DNA of 64,000 nucleotides from a virus. The stretch is taken from IMG/VR virus record IMGVR_UViG_3300045998_000148, positions 35,878-99,877 of that record. One strand, given 5' to 3'. The stretch's first letter is position 1; each line of letters starts with the position of its first letter. The notes beneath the pieces are model-generated. The model searched no databases. It was not told the origin of the DNA and worked only from the letters and a program-made list of their open reading frames with translations. The translations under genes were made by a program, and so were the position numbers. Below are positions 1-10,401 of the stretch, in pieces.

Positions 1-30
1 CCAAAAATAAAAATAAAAAACCCGTACAAA

Positions 31-870
31 TCAGAGGTGGAAGTTCATGCAGACTACAAAATTGCCGTCGAGAGTTTTGACGGGCGCTTGTGCAATTTTC
101 ATAATTCCGGCCAGTGCAATATTGCCGCCATTGCTGCCCGCCGCCGAAGTAACGAAACCGGGATTGCCGCCGACATCGGCATAGACGGTCGAATCTTCCG
201 TCAGCGAGCCTTCGACAGTTCGCACCCATATTCCCTTATTAACGCCGACATCCGCTACTACGTCCATGACGCGCTGGGGCGGGTAGCCGTCTTCGCGGCT
301 GGCTCCCCTCGATTCCGACGCCTCAAATCGCGTCAGCTTGGTCACTCCCAACACTTTATTACTTGCAGCAGCGGGCAACTTGGCCGTATTGGGCGGCTCG
401 CCCGTCGCCCTCACTACGATGACCCCCATCGGAATCCAGAGTCCCATCCCGGCAGCGATTGTTTCGTCTACCGCCAGATCTTCGTCATTGGTAACAATCT
501 GGTTGCTGATGCCGAAAGCGTTTGCCGTCACCAGCAAATCCGTGCCGACTTTAGAGATCGTTCCTAGCGAATTGGCGATCGCATTGGAACGCCACGCACT
601 GAAAAGGCCGTCTTGCAGTTCGGCTTGAGTCGCGTTGGCATCCGTGGTGTAAGAAACGACCGCCGCATCGCCGTTGACGGAGAGGGTATAGGTCGAGCTG
701 TTATCGGGAGCGCCAGGTACTCCGACCGTCAAAACCTGTCGGACGAAACCGGACATATTCTGCAAGGGCAGTATTTTGGAGTCGGAATATTCGCCGTTCA
801 TCTGTCCGGGCAGGGCAATACCCGTAAACTCGCTGCCGTAAACTTTTAGGCGATTGCCTGCATATAGCAT
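31..870 (-). CDS. Probable capsid cement/decoration protein
   Basis: Directly downstream of the DUF2213 gene, the usual position before a major capsid gene (expected left of the window); IPMGVIVV...AKLP...LGV...GIWV pattern resembles phage cement proteins. Confidence 0.55.
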   Translation of the reverse strand: MLYAGNRLKVYGSEFTGIALPGQMNGEYSDSKILPLQNMSGFVRQVLTVGVPGAPDNSSTYTLSVNGDAAVVSYTTDANATQAELQDGLFSAWRSNAIANSLGTISKVGTDLLVTANAFGISNQIVTNDEDLAVDETIAAGMGLWIPMGVIVVRATGEPPNTAKLPAAASNKVLGVTKLTRFEASESRGASREDGYPPQRVMDVVADVGVNKGIWVRTVEGSLTEDSTVYADVGGNPGFVTSAAGSNGGNIALAGIMKIAQAPVKTLDGNFVVCMNFHL

Positions 871-975
871 AATTGCGTCCTCAGTAGAGAGAGTGAATGA
901 GTGCGGTCTTTCTGGAAAAACAAAACAAACAGGACAGGCGGGACTCTATTCGCGCCTGGTGCGCGTTTCCTTAGC

Positions 976-2733
976 CTAGCGAGCGACGGACGACCACACC
1001 GAGGGGGTGCTGTTTTTCCAGGCTTCGTTGATAGAAGGCGACAGGGTAGCAATGCGATCGACGACTCCATCCTCCCTCGCCTCTTTTGCTTGCGACTTGC
1101 CGCCGATGGCATTGAGTACGCTGTCGAACTGCCGAGCGTGTTTTGACGGCGGGCGATGCGTCGAATCGCTGCGGCTCGATGCGGACGCCGAATCGAGATC
1201 GCCTTCGCCGCCCTCTTCTTCTTGGGAATCGAGGTGGACTACTCCAGCGGTATTGGCCGCGTGCAGCCACGCATAGATCGAAGCCGCTCCATCGGCGGAA
1301 AGGCTGTCGTAGTGGAAGGATTCGCTGGGCAGCACGCTTTCCAATATGGCAATAGCGCCGCGCTTGGCGATATCGTCGAGTTCCGCCTGAGTCGGAAATT
1401 TCGAGTCAAACCGACTCAGTTCTTCTGCCATGTGAGGAAAGGCGCGATAGGTCGCCATTAAGTCGGCTGGAGTGACGGAATCAAAAGAATCGCTTCGGTG
1501 TTTTGCCTTGCCCTTCTTTTTAATAGTCGTTGACTCTCCCCCTTCTTCTCCTTCTTCTTCGCCCTCGCCTTCGAGTTCGTCGTCGAATTCGCCGTCTTCG
1601 TATTCATAATCCGTCTTTTTTTTCTTGGTCTGCATGGCATCGCCTCTTGTTTGATTTGATTTGTGGTTGTCCCGTCCGTTTTTTTCGCCTTCGAGAGGAT
1701 TGCCCTCGCTATCGAATCGCTCGTAGCCCGAAGCATCCAAATATTGCTCGAAAGCACTTCCCGCCTCTACCGCGTAGGAAACGCCATCCCAAATTATGCC
1801 CACTTGAGACATGGCCGCATCTGCCTGGTCGAGCCGCAGTTGCAGATCGCTCAGGGCTTCCTGCCATTCTTCGGATTTGACTTCGCTATCGCTGCGGGTA
1901 GTGCGCTCGGAATCCAGCTCTGTCCGCAGCGCGTCGAGAGAAGCATCCTTTGCCTGCAATACCTGAGACAGTATTGCGACCGAATCCGATCGGAGGTGTA
2001 TTTCAGTGCGATCGCCGTTTGCCAACTGCAACGAATAGGGCGTCAGCCCTATCAATTCGGAATTTTCATTGCCCATGAAAAAAAACCTCCTGTTAGGATT
2101 TTCTAAAATATCGGAATCGATGCGCCAGCCCATATCCCAATCGCGCAAGAAGGAATTATCGCCGTCGAGTCGCGAATCGAGGTGCAGCCGCGCCTCGCAT
2201 CCGGCTCTCGCCCTTTCAGTAGTTGCAAGGTGGTTGGGATCGATAAACGTCTGAATGCAATCGTAACGCTCCCCTCGGTAAATTCCCGGCTCGTGTTTCG
2301 GGATTAAATAATAGCCGAGCGACAGTTCGCGCTGCTGGGCGCGTTCGATCGCCTCGATCGCCTTGGCGTCGTAATAGGTAAGCCACCCATCGAGGCGCGG
2401 CGAGGCAAAAGAATAATCGCTGCCGAAGCCGACCATCAGCTCCTTCGTATTCTGCGCGTTCACCATGTAGCCGGGGGGATGTTCGATGGTGACGGGCAGC
2501 GGCACTTCCCGCGAACGAAGGGTATGCAACAGCCGCTCGTTTTCCGAGTCCGGCCTGTACTCCCGCACGACGCTGCCATCGGGCTTCTGATAAGTCAGTA
2601 TCCCCGACAGACAAATCGTGCCGGGAGCTTTTAAATATCCCTCTTTAGTACGGACGGCATTGCCCGTTATGGTTCCGGCATCGTACCGAATTGCCTTTCG
2701 GTCGTCGTTCACTTTTTCTGCTGCAATGAACAC
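976..2733 (-). CDS. DUF2213-family prohead protease/scaffold protein
   Basis: RTKEGYL...GILTY...REYRP...PVTIEHP...RELSLGY...GERYDCIQ...NHLA...RAG N-terminal domain followed by an acidic, coiled-coil C-terminal region. Confidence 0.85.
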   Translation of the reverse strand: MFIAAEKVNDDRKAIRYDAGTITGNAVRTKEGYLKAPGTICLSGILTYQKPDGSVVREYRPDSENERLLHTLRSREVPLPVTIEHPPGYMVNAQNTKELMVGFGSDYSFASPRLDGWLTYYDAKAIEAIERAQQRELSLGYYLIPKHEPGIYRGERYDCIQTFIDPNHLATTERARAGCEARLHLDSRLDGDNSFLRDWDMGWRIDSDILENPNRRFFFMGNENSELIGLTPYSLQLANGDRTEIHLRSDSVAILSQVLQAKDASLDALRTELDSERTTRSDSEVKSEEWQEALSDLQLRLDQADAAMSQVGIIWDGVSYAVEAGSAFEQYLDASGYERFDSEGNPLEGEKNGRDNHKSNQTRGDAMQTKKKKTDYEYEDGEFDDELEGEGEEEGEEGGESTTIKKKGKAKHRSDSFDSVTPADLMATYRAFPHMAEELSRFDSKFPTQAELDDIAKRGAIAILESVLPSESFHYDSLSADGAASIYAWLHAANTAGVVHLDSQEEEGGEGDLDSASASSRSDSTHRPPSKHARQFDSVLNAIGGKSQAKEAREDGVVDRIATLSPSINEAWKNSTPSVWSSVAR

Positions 2734-2786
2734 GGCCTACATTTGCCGTGGATTGCCTTTATTTTATAGTGTGACGCGGCGATCCG

Positions 2787-5507
2787 TCACAGCTCCGGGA
2801 AAAAGGATAGAAACGGAAACTCAAGCAAGCTAAACTGCAAGCCTAACGCGGCAAAATTGGGGGCGTATTTATCGAGGGGATGGGTCGCATTTTTGCGGCG
2901 CACGAACTTCAGATTGGCGCTGTCGAACGAATACAGATCGACGCGCCATTTATTTTGCACCCGTTCTAGTTCGGCCTCCGTAGGATACTGGGCGATCGCG
3001 ACGGTAAGGACGCCCTCGCGATCGGTATAGAGCGTTTCGTTATTGCGCTCGTCATAGTGGGAGGAATCAGAATCGCTCCACGAACGCTCGCGATCTAGGT
3101 AATCGAGCAGCAGGGCAGTAAAGTCACCTGCGGGCGCGACGACAATGCTGCGCGTCAGGCTGCGAGAATCGTTGCCGCAACAGAGGAAAGTCTTTCCGCC
3201 GCCGCCCGTAATTTGCACTCCTATCGAAACGGGACGAACGACCGTATTGTACGCATTTGCATCCCGCAAGCGCCAAGTATCGTAGGCGTAGCTGATGCTC
3301 TCGATCGAACCCTCGTATTCGGCAAACAGGGGGCCGCTTGCGTCCTGCACGAACAAGGCAACCTGAGTTCCCACCAATTGCGGCTCTCGACCTTCCCACG
3401 CATAGACAATCGACTCGGACTGGCTTCCGGTATAGGTATTGTAAGTAGAAGTATAGCTGCCCGAGCGAGTCACTTCGGCGACGGCGGTAGAGGTGATGCC
3501 GACCATCTCGGAAATGCCGACCCTAAAATGAACGCCATCGTCCGGCTCAAAGGTGACGGTTTGCGGAAAGCCAGCCGCCGCATCGATCGCGGGCTGCCCC
3601 GCCGCCGAAAAACGGACGTGAAAGCGGCTGCCGTCCGATCCGCCTTCCCCGTCAGCGAGGATGTAGTTTGCGCCCGCTTGCGAGACGACAAAACTCTCCG
3701 TCCTGTCCTTGAGGCTGCCGTAACCCCTGCCCTGGCCGCGATCGCCGACGCCAAATTCATACCCGCCCGTACAGGGCAAGACGGTCAACTTTTTTAGAAA
3801 GCTGTGAGGATTGAACGGTCGATTCCAACGCAAGTCGCTAATGGGTTGCAGCTCAATACCGTGTAGGTTCTGTTCGACAAAATCGCGAAAGGGAGCTATC
3901 GGCGTCGGCGAGGTGGCAACGTCGGCAAGAACCGTTTGGTCGCGGCTAAAATCATAGCTAAATTCGCGCTGCATCGCCGTTTCAGATACCGATACCGCCC
4001 ACAGTAACGACTGGGGTACTCCGCCGTCGCCAATGTCGCCGCACAGCAGGTAACGCGGCTTTTGCGTGCGATTCGAGCAGGCGATCGCGTCACTGAAGCG
4101 GTCTTGGAGAAAATAATAGCTCCGATCTGCCCCTGCTAGGACTTCATAGGTGAAGTAGGACTGGTGATAGGCGTCAAAAACGCGGGTAAAAGCGTGCGCT
4201 TCCTGGTAGTTCGAGATCGCATCGCTGCCCGACAAAAAAGGCATCGCCACATCGACGGCATTGCTGCGTTCGATATTGCCCGACCGACTTTCTTCGAGGT
4301 ATCGGCGCTCGATATTTGCCGGATAAGCGAACCCAGTCGGAAGCCCTCGCACCTCGTAACTGTAGGAAATCGTGCCGGAAGCCGACAGCCCGCGACTGCC
4401 CAGGTCGAGGGTATCGGCGACCACTTGCTCCGCGTTTGACGGATTGGAAACTAAAGGCGTTACGACAATCGCCCGCAGCGGAATCGAATGATTGGCGGCG
4501 ATCGTTTCCGATGTATTGACGGTAGTGCTGTAATTATCGCTATCCACTGTCGATTCGACGATCGTTCCCGACAGCGAAGAGAGAGTGCCGTACTCGACAG
4601 TATCGTAAGTCAGATTCAGGGAAGTCTGATTATTATTGCCTCCAAACTGCTGGCGGGCGATACGCTGCGCGACTGCCGTAAGGTCGGACATATCGTAATA
4701 TTCAGAGCCAAAGAAATTCAGTGCGGTCGGCCTCGGATATACCGTGTAATAGACGCCGCTGAAGAGATTGCTGTTGACGGGCGAATTGGCAGCGGAAGAA
4801 AATTGCAAGTAGGGAGCGCTGGCAAAGAGGTCGATAACTTCTTCGTAGCGCGAAAATAAAAACTGTCGGCCATAGCGCGTATCGCCGAGCGGCATTGCGC
4901 CAGAAACGGCAATCCTGCGAAGTCCCGGAAATTCGCCGCCCTCGAAGGGGGCGATCGCATCGACGGGGGCGATAAAATCGCCGCTTTCTTCATGCGAATG
5001 AAGGAGGCCGATACCGCCGCCGAGATGTCGGAAATGGGGATTGACGTTAAAAAAAACGGAGTCGGGGATATCCAAAGAAAAATTATTGACGTAGAGGCGG
5101 AATTCGCCCTCGTAGAAAGGAAGGTCGAGATAGTATTGGGCATCGAAGCGGCGCTGAATGCGAGCGACCCCGTAAAAAGAGACGAAATCGCTGCGAGACG
5201 TACCCGTATTGGCAAAGCCGATAAACAGGCAACTGTAATTATCGTTCTCTGCAAGGGTGGCCGCCGCCAGCAGGGTAGGAGATGGCCTGCGATCGCCGAA
5301 TACGACTGCGCCAATCGAGCCGTCCATCAGCCGATAATCCCAGCCCCCCTTAAACAGATAGCGCTTCTTAATGCGATTGGGCGACGACCCGCGCCGATAG
5401 CGAAAGGCGACCGAACGGCGTACCGACGGGCTGAGCGGCTCGGAAGGCGGCAATCTCTGTTGCTGCAATCGAATGATTTCGAGTAACTTGCGCTCGCGAT
5501 CGCCCAT
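2787..5507 (-). CDS. Large hypothetical protein, possibly virion-associated (906 aa)
   Basis: Long ORF co-oriented with structural genes; S/T/Y/F-rich; no motif recognised. Confidence 0.55.
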   Translation of the reverse strand: MGDRERKLLEIIRLQQQRLPPSEPLSPSVRRSVAFRYRRGSSPNRIKKRYLFKGGWDYRLMDGSIGAVVFGDRRPSPTLLAAATLAENDNYSCLFIGFANTGTSRSDFVSFYGVARIQRRFDAQYYLDLPFYEGEFRLYVNNFSLDIPDSVFFNVNPHFRHLGGGIGLLHSHEESGDFIAPVDAIAPFEGGEFPGLRRIAVSGAMPLGDTRYGRQFLFSRYEEVIDLFASAPYLQFSSAANSPVNSNLFSGVYYTVYPRPTALNFFGSEYYDMSDLTAVAQRIARQQFGGNNNQTSLNLTYDTVEYGTLSSLSGTIVESTVDSDNYSTTVNTSETIAANHSIPLRAIVVTPLVSNPSNAEQVVADTLDLGSRGLSASGTISYSYEVRGLPTGFAYPANIERRYLEESRSGNIERSNAVDVAMPFLSGSDAISNYQEAHAFTRVFDAYHQSYFTYEVLAGADRSYYFLQDRFSDAIACSNRTQKPRYLLCGDIGDGGVPQSLLWAVSVSETAMQREFSYDFSRDQTVLADVATSPTPIAPFRDFVEQNLHGIELQPISDLRWNRPFNPHSFLKKLTVLPCTGGYEFGVGDRGQGRGYGSLKDRTESFVVSQAGANYILADGEGGSDGSRFHVRFSAAGQPAIDAAAGFPQTVTFEPDDGVHFRVGISEMVGITSTAVAEVTRSGSYTSTYNTYTGSQSESIVYAWEGREPQLVGTQVALFVQDASGPLFAEYEGSIESISYAYDTWRLRDANAYNTVVRPVSIGVQITGGGGKTFLCCGNDSRSLTRSIVVAPAGDFTALLLDYLDRERSWSDSDSSHYDERNNETLYTDREGVLTVAIAQYPTEAELERVQNKWRVDLYSFDSANLKFVRRKNATHPLDKYAPNFAALGLQFSLLEFPFLSFFPEL

Positions 5508-5525
5508 AAGTTAAGTAAGGTCGGT

Positions 5526-6311
5526 TCAAAGAGAAAGGGCAGACCGCGCCCGATTCCAGTAGGCTAAGCGATCGTTTAATCCGTTGAGGCCGCCGTTAAT
5601 CCTGCGCGTAACCTGCTTGAAAGCGTTCAAGTTATTCGCTTTGGCAATCCTATTGAGCTGCCTCGTGTGCCAGAACCAGCCCGCCACCCCCGCACTGAGG
5701 TAGGGATCGTCGGCAACGCGCTCCGGTTCGCCCATCAAGTCCATATTAAAAAACTCCCCCGCCTGCTTGTAGTTTGTCGCGCCCGTCAGTTGGATCAGGC
5801 CGCGCCCCTTATAGCGGACGCCCCATCCCGGCCTGATATTGCCCAAATCCGCCCTGCCCTCGTAAGCGCTGCCGTCTGCAATCTCCTCCTTATAGCGGAG
5901 GGAACCGGACTCGTGAGCTAGTTGAGCGATAAACATCGCCACCTGAGACGGCGTTTCGATCGCGAAACGAGCCAGGGTAGCGTTAATCGGGTCGAGATAG
6001 GTATTGATATTCGCCCGACTCGCATTCGGCATGACGTAGCGATAGAACTCTTTATCCAACAACACGACTGGACTTTGCGGGCGTGCAGCGGGCGGCTCGA
6101 TGACAGACCAATGATCGGCAAAAACATAGCGCTTGCCCGAACGGGCGGCGAGGGTGACGAGCCAGTGGCCGGAAGGGGCGTCTTCTATCGTCTCGACGCC
6201 GTATTCCCTGCCTGCCGGAACGAATTGCAGCGCATCGGGCGCGAGGTCTTGCGAGGGCATGGGAGCCGACTTCAACCAAGTAATGACTTTAGCTTTAATT
6301 TTTTTTTGCAT
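5526..6311 (-). CDS. GH19 (chitinase-like) endolysin with N-terminal putative cell-wall-binding domain
   Basis: AMFIAQLAHESG, YEGRADLGN, YKGRGLIQLTG.NY, VTRRINGGLNGL motifs; start re-assigned to MQKKIKAK at 6311 because the longer ORF start lies inside a duplication. Confidence 0.9.
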   Translation of the reverse strand: MQKKIKAKVITWLKSAPMPSQDLAPDALQFVPAGREYGVETIEDAPSGHWLVTLAARSGKRYVFADHWSVIEPPAARPQSPVVLLDKEFYRYVMPNASRANINTYLDPINATLARFAIETPSQVAMFIAQLAHESGSLRYKEEIADGSAYEGRADLGNIRPGWGVRYKGRGLIQLTGATNYKQAGEFFNMDLMGEPERVADDPYLSAGVAGWFWHTRQLNRIAKANNLNAFKQVTRRINGGLNGLNDRLAYWNRARSALSL

Positions 6312-6724
6312 CGAACTCTTTATCCAACAACACGACTGGACTTTGCGAGCGTGCAGCGGGCGGCTCGATGACAGACCAACGATCGGCAAAAACATAGCGC
6401 AACACGACTGGACTTTGCGGGCGTGCAGCGGGCGGCTCGATGACAGACCAACGATCGGCAAAAACATAGCGCAACACGACTGGACTTTGCGGGCGTGCAG
6501 CGGGCGGCTCGATGACAGACCAATGATCGGCAAAAACATAGCGCTTGCCCGAACGGGCGGCGAGGGTGACGAGCCAGTGGCCGGAAGGGGCGTCTTCTAT
6601 CGTCTCGACGCCGTATTCCCTGCCTGCCGGAACGAATTGCAGCGCATCGGGCGCGAGGTCTTGCGAGGGCATGGGAGCCGACTTCAACCAAGTAATGACT
6701 TTAGCTTTAATTTTTTTTTGCATC
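6045..6724. repeat. Tandem duplication of a 268-bp lysin 5' segment; second copy holds a triplicated 72-bp unit
   Basis: 6045-6312 recurs at 6313-6724 (268+144 bp); the 72-bp units differ at a few positions. Confidence 0.9.
6295..6723 (-). CDS. Stand-alone copy of the lysin N-terminal domain with three 24-aa repeats (truncated paralogue)
   Basis: Same N-terminus MQKKIKAKVITWLKS; ends FDAKKN overlapping the full lysin start. Confidence 0.55.
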   Translation of the reverse strand: MQKKIKAKVITWLKSAPMPSQDLAPDALQFVPAGREYGVETIEDAPSGHWLVTLAARSGKRYVFADHWSVIEPPAARPQSPVVLRYVFADRWSVIEPPAARPQSPVVLRYVFADRWSVIEPPAARSQSPVVLLDKEFDAKKN

Positions 6725-7786
6725 GAACGCAGCCGCCAATTCTTTCAAAGTCGAATCAGTTGAGAGGTAAAAGCCCGCCGCATTGCGGTGGCCGCCGCCG
6801 CCAAAACGCAGGGCAATTTCGGAAACGTCCCAATTGCTGCCGTTTTTATCGGAGCGCAGCTCCCACTTGCCCTCCGCGTTGTAGCAGGCCACAAAAGGGG
6901 AGCCTGTATATTTTTTGTACAGCGCCCTGCAAATATCGGAAGCGAGATAATCGCGACCTTTCCCCGTCCTCACCGCAGGAATGGAAAAACGGTCAATTTT
7001 CACCCACTGCACCTCATTTTCGACATATTGGCGGACGATCCTTGCATTTTCTTCTACGGCGCGTTTGCCTACAGGCTGCAAAAACCAAAACAGCTCTTGC
7101 TCGGTCATTTCGGCAAGGCGATCGAGGAGCGCAAAATTGAGGCCGAGCGCCCGCAGCGCTTCGTGAATCCACTTCGTTTCGGGGTATTTGAACTCGAAGA
7201 GGTCGCGATCTTTGATGAATTTGAGGATGGGGGGCTTCTCTTGGCCCACAAAAAAATAATTCCAGCAGGCCGTAGCACCCGACTCTTCTAAATCGAAAAA
7301 ACAATCAGCCCTGTCGCCAATTTCTTTGAAAGCGCTTTTGTGGTGGTCGATGACGAGAAGGACGTTTACTTTAGACGCCAACAGATCGAGCTGATCTGGA
7401 GTAAAACTAAAATCGACCGCGTACAGCTTGTCGATGTCGTCCGGCAAAGTGGCGCAAAAAGCTTGGCGGCGATCGTAGGTACAGGGTACGGCGATCGCGT
7501 CGGGATAGTATCGCCGGACGACCCAGGCAGAAGCTATGCCGTCGTGACAGGACGTATCCTCGCTAAGTTGATGGTAAACTGCCGCGATTTTTACCCTCGC
7601 CGAGGTCGCACCGCCGTCTTGGTGCGCGTTCCCTTGGCGAGGAAGCCTCGCCGGGGTCGCACCGCCGTCTTGGTGCGCGTTCCCTTGGCGAGGAAGCCTC
7701 GCCGGGGTCGCACCGCCGTCTTGGTGCGCGTTCCCTTGGCGAGGAAGCCTCGCCGGGGTCGCACCGCTACCTGTATCGCTTGCCAT
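6707..7786 (-). CDS. DHH/DHHA1 phosphoesterase with N-terminal 17-aa repeats
   Basis: CHDGIASA, AVDFSF, VIDHHKSA, SGAT, IKDRDL, FGGGGHRNAAG motifs. Confidence 0.85.
   Translation of the reverse strand: MASDTGSGATPARLPRQGNAHQDGGATPARLPRQGNAHQDGGATPARLPRQGNAHQDGGATSARVKIAAVYHQLSEDTSCHDGIASAWVVRRYYPDAIAVPCTYDRRQAFCATLPDDIDKLYAVDFSFTPDQLDLLASKVNVLLVIDHHKSAFKEIGDRADCFFDLEESGATACWNYFFVGQEKPPILKFIKDRDLFEFKYPETKWIHEALRALGLNFALLDRLAEMTEQELFWFLQPVGKRAVEENARIVRQYVENEVQWVKIDRFSIPAVRTGKGRDYLASDICRALYKKYTGSPFVACYNAEGKWELRSDKNGSNWDVSEIALRFGGGGHRNAAGFYLSTDSTLKELAAAFDAKKN
7595..7767. repeat. 51-bp palindromic dispersed repeat, 3 full tandem copies plus a partial, in frame
   Basis: Unit CCTCGCCGGGGTCGCACCGCCGTCTTGGTGCGCGTTCCCTTGGCGAGGAAG. 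Confidence 0.9.
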
Positions 7787-7795
7787 GTTTGTTTT

Positions 7796-7978
7796 TCAAC
7801 GATTGCGAAGGGAAGAACGAGATCGCACGGTGCGGGTCAATTCCGTTTGGAGGGGATACTGTGCGACGACGCGCCCCCGCTCCCGAACGACCAAAAAGTT
7901 GCCTTCCTGTCTAATTGTACGGGAATTCAAGCGAATCAAGTCGATTAGTTTTTGCGCGTCACTGTTCGGGGGCGACAT
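7796..7978 (-). CDS. Small hypothetical protein (60 aa)
   Basis: Fills the gap between two co-oriented genes. Confidence 0.45.
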   Translation of the reverse strand: MSPPNSDAQKLIDLIRLNSRTIRQEGNFLVVRERGRVVAQYPLQTELTRTVRSRSSLRNR

Positions 7979-10397
7979 ACTTGAACCTCCTCCTATTTTC
8001 TAAGCCAGAAACGGTGCTGCCCAACTGTCCCGCCGCTCCCGCCGCAAAATCGGAAGACAGATCTGGATCTTTGGGGTTGCTGTTATTGTTATTTTGCTTC
8101 GGTTCCTGGCGATGGGTCAGCCCCGCCTTAACCAAACGCCCAGTCGAAATTTGCGTGCCGCCGCCCGTCATGGCATAGCGGTAGCCGCGCCGCGCCGAGC
8201 TGTCATCGCTATCGATCTCCAGCGACACGCTCGCACTCAACACGATTTCGTTCCCCGCAACAGCTCCCGGCAGCGCGTTGGGATAGTACCAGGCGATCGT
8301 CTTCTGACTGGCATTAGTCGAAAGAGACTGCAACTGCATTTCTGTCTTGGCCGCGACCATCGCCTCGTGTAAATTCCCCGCATACTGAAAGGAAATTTGT
8401 TCGGGCGGGTTGACTAACTTCTTACTGTTGCTAGACGTTATGTAGTAATCGAATTCTTTCTCGCGGAGCGCGTTGGGGTCGGCTTCGGTCGGATTGCCGC
8501 CGTCTTCGCGATCCTCCCACCTCGCCTGCCTCGAATTGGGCGACGGCGGAGTGCCGCCAATCGTCTCCTGCTCTACCTCCTGCGCGAAATCCTCAAAACC
8601 GACATTCTGACCGCTGGCGGAGGTGCGCTCCTCGAAGTAGGAAGAGGCGTCGATCAAGTTGCGCTCGACTTCCTGATAGAGTTCTTCTCCCGTCACCAGC
8701 GGCGGCGCGATCGGGTCGTCCGCCTTCTCTGGATCGGGCATCCAGGCAAAAGCAATCTTTTCCTTTTTCGTGCGGGCGATATAGTATTGCTCGACGTAAT
8801 TGGGATCGACGGTTACTACACCCACCCTTCCCTTCTTGTTGACGTACTTGCTATTCGTCACCAAACTTTTAATGCGCGGCGGCAGTTGACTATAATCCTG
8901 CCAGGAAACGGTGAACGGCGATTTCTGGCGCGTCTCCTTCTCTAATTTCGCCAGATCCTTGTCTGCTTGCAGGTTAGCAGTGGAAAGCGCCGCTAGGATG
9001 TCCTTCCGCAAGCTCTTGAGCAAGATAGTTTCTTCGCCGTAGGACTGCACCCAGCGAAAGCGATAGGCCGCCATGAGCCGATTAAATTCCGACTCAGAGA
9101 TGCCGCCCGATTGCAAGTCGAGCAGGTAATTGGCCGCTTCGTTTTCCTCCGACTCGCCTTTTAGAGGAATCCACTTGCGCCCCCTGGTCTTAACCCGCAC
9201 CAAAAATTCGACCGAGGGCTTGTAGCTGACAAAATTAGTAAAATCCGATTGCTGCTGGCCGACGAGGGGCAGGTAATCGGGGTCGATAATCAGCGGCGTC
9301 CCCCGCTCGAACTCGTTCGTCGGATCTTCGCGAGCTTCGAGGCGAAAGGCGATAGCGCTCAGCCCTTCGTAGATATACTCCTGCGCCTCTTCCTCGACTA
9401 TCTTCCAGTGTTTTTTTGGCTCGTCCGTCCCGATCTCGTAGTCGCCTTCACTGCCCTGGAGGATATCGGCAGAAAGATAGGCAAATCCCTTTGTCTGTTG
9501 CACGGTCTTAAAAGGCTGTCCGTCGTGTAGCGTCGTCGTCACCTTTGTCTTGAGCGGCCCACTCTTATGAGCATTGCTGTCGAGGGTAAGGATTATCTCG
9601 CTGCCCTGCGGCGGGTCGTCGAAATCCTCAGTCTGCTTTACGAATTCTCTTATTTCCGGCTCTCGCTTGGTAAAGCGCGGCGGGCGATCGTCGTTATCCG
9701 GGTCTTCGTCCTCATCTTTATTTTTGGGGGCGACATTATCCCAGCTCAATAGCGTATCGCTATAGCCGTACTCGTCGGTCGTCAGTATTTTTTGTTCGGC
9801 AAACCAGCGATCTTCTGTCGGCAGCGCGACTGCCTTGCCCCTGCCCAAGATGGCAAAGGCAATGCCCTTTTTGCCGTATTCGAGATAGCCGCCGTGGATG
9901 CGAGCTATCTCGACGGCGAGCTGCACTGGGTCGAATACCGCCTGCGTTGCCTTGTCGTCTTGCAGCCAGAGCAAGTGATTTGGCATCTGGATCGGACACT
10001 TGCACCGATTAAATACCTGACTCGTACTGATGTACTTTGTGCCGCGCTGGATGGGAACCTTCAATCGAGAGCGCAGCTCCCGCGACCACTTCCACTCGCA
10101 TTCGAGGCTGACATCGTAGGTTCGCAGATTGCCGTAGCGATGCACCGAGATCGCCTCGGCAAGGGTAGAAGAAACCGAGCGGACGACAAAGGGGAAGCCC
10201 TCAAAACTGACGCCCTGGCCGCCACTATTCTCTAGTTTCTTGCGAAAGGAACGAGTACAACCGCGATAGGAAATCGAGAGGGTAGGGGGCTGCTCGAACG
10301 AAGTCGAAAAACTGACCGAACCGTAAAACATATCCTGCGGCAGCTTCATATTGGGTCGCACGAGGTTGACGCTGGGACGGCTGACTCGATAACGCAT
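7959..10397 (-). CDS. Large putative tail/baseplate-associated protein
   Basis: Long ORF in the structural block; probable start MRYRVS at 10397, next to the upstream stop. Confidence 0.5.
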   Translation of the reverse strand: MRYRVSRPSVNLVRPNMKLPQDMFYGSVSFSTSFEQPPTLSISYRGCTRSFRKKLENSGGQGVSFEGFPFVVRSVSSTLAEAISVHRYGNLRTYDVSLECEWKWSRELRSRLKVPIQRGTKYISTSQVFNRCKCPIQMPNHLLWLQDDKATQAVFDPVQLAVEIARIHGGYLEYGKKGIAFAILGRGKAVALPTEDRWFAEQKILTTDEYGYSDTLLSWDNVAPKNKDEDEDPDNDDRPPRFTKREPEIREFVKQTEDFDDPPQGSEIILTLDSNAHKSGPLKTKVTTTLHDGQPFKTVQQTKGFAYLSADILQGSEGDYEIGTDEPKKHWKIVEEEAQEYIYEGLSAIAFRLEAREDPTNEFERGTPLIIDPDYLPLVGQQQSDFTNFVSYKPSVEFLVRVKTRGRKWIPLKGESEENEAANYLLDLQSGGISESEFNRLMAAYRFRWVQSYGEETILLKSLRKDILAALSTANLQADKDLAKLEKETRQKSPFTVSWQDYSQLPPRIKSLVTNSKYVNKKGRVGVVTVDPNYVEQYYIARTKKEKIAFAWMPDPEKADDPIAPPLVTGEELYQEVERNLIDASSYFEERTSASGQNVGFEDFAQEVEQETIGGTPPSPNSRQARWEDREDGGNPTEADPNALREKEFDYYITSSNSKKLVNPPEQISFQYAGNLHEAMVAAKTEMQLQSLSTNASQKTIAWYYPNALPGAVAGNEIVLSASVSLEIDSDDSSARRGYRYAMTGGGTQISTGRLVKAGLTHRQEPKQNNNNSNPKDPDLSSDFAAGAAGQLGSTVSGLENRRRFKYVAPEQ

Positions 10398-10401
10398 GGC
10401 A

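Noticed and set aside
6312-6539. N-terminal extension of the 337-aa lysin ORF
   Set aside because: It is an alternative-frame reading of the 72-bp repeats; the homologous start is at 6311
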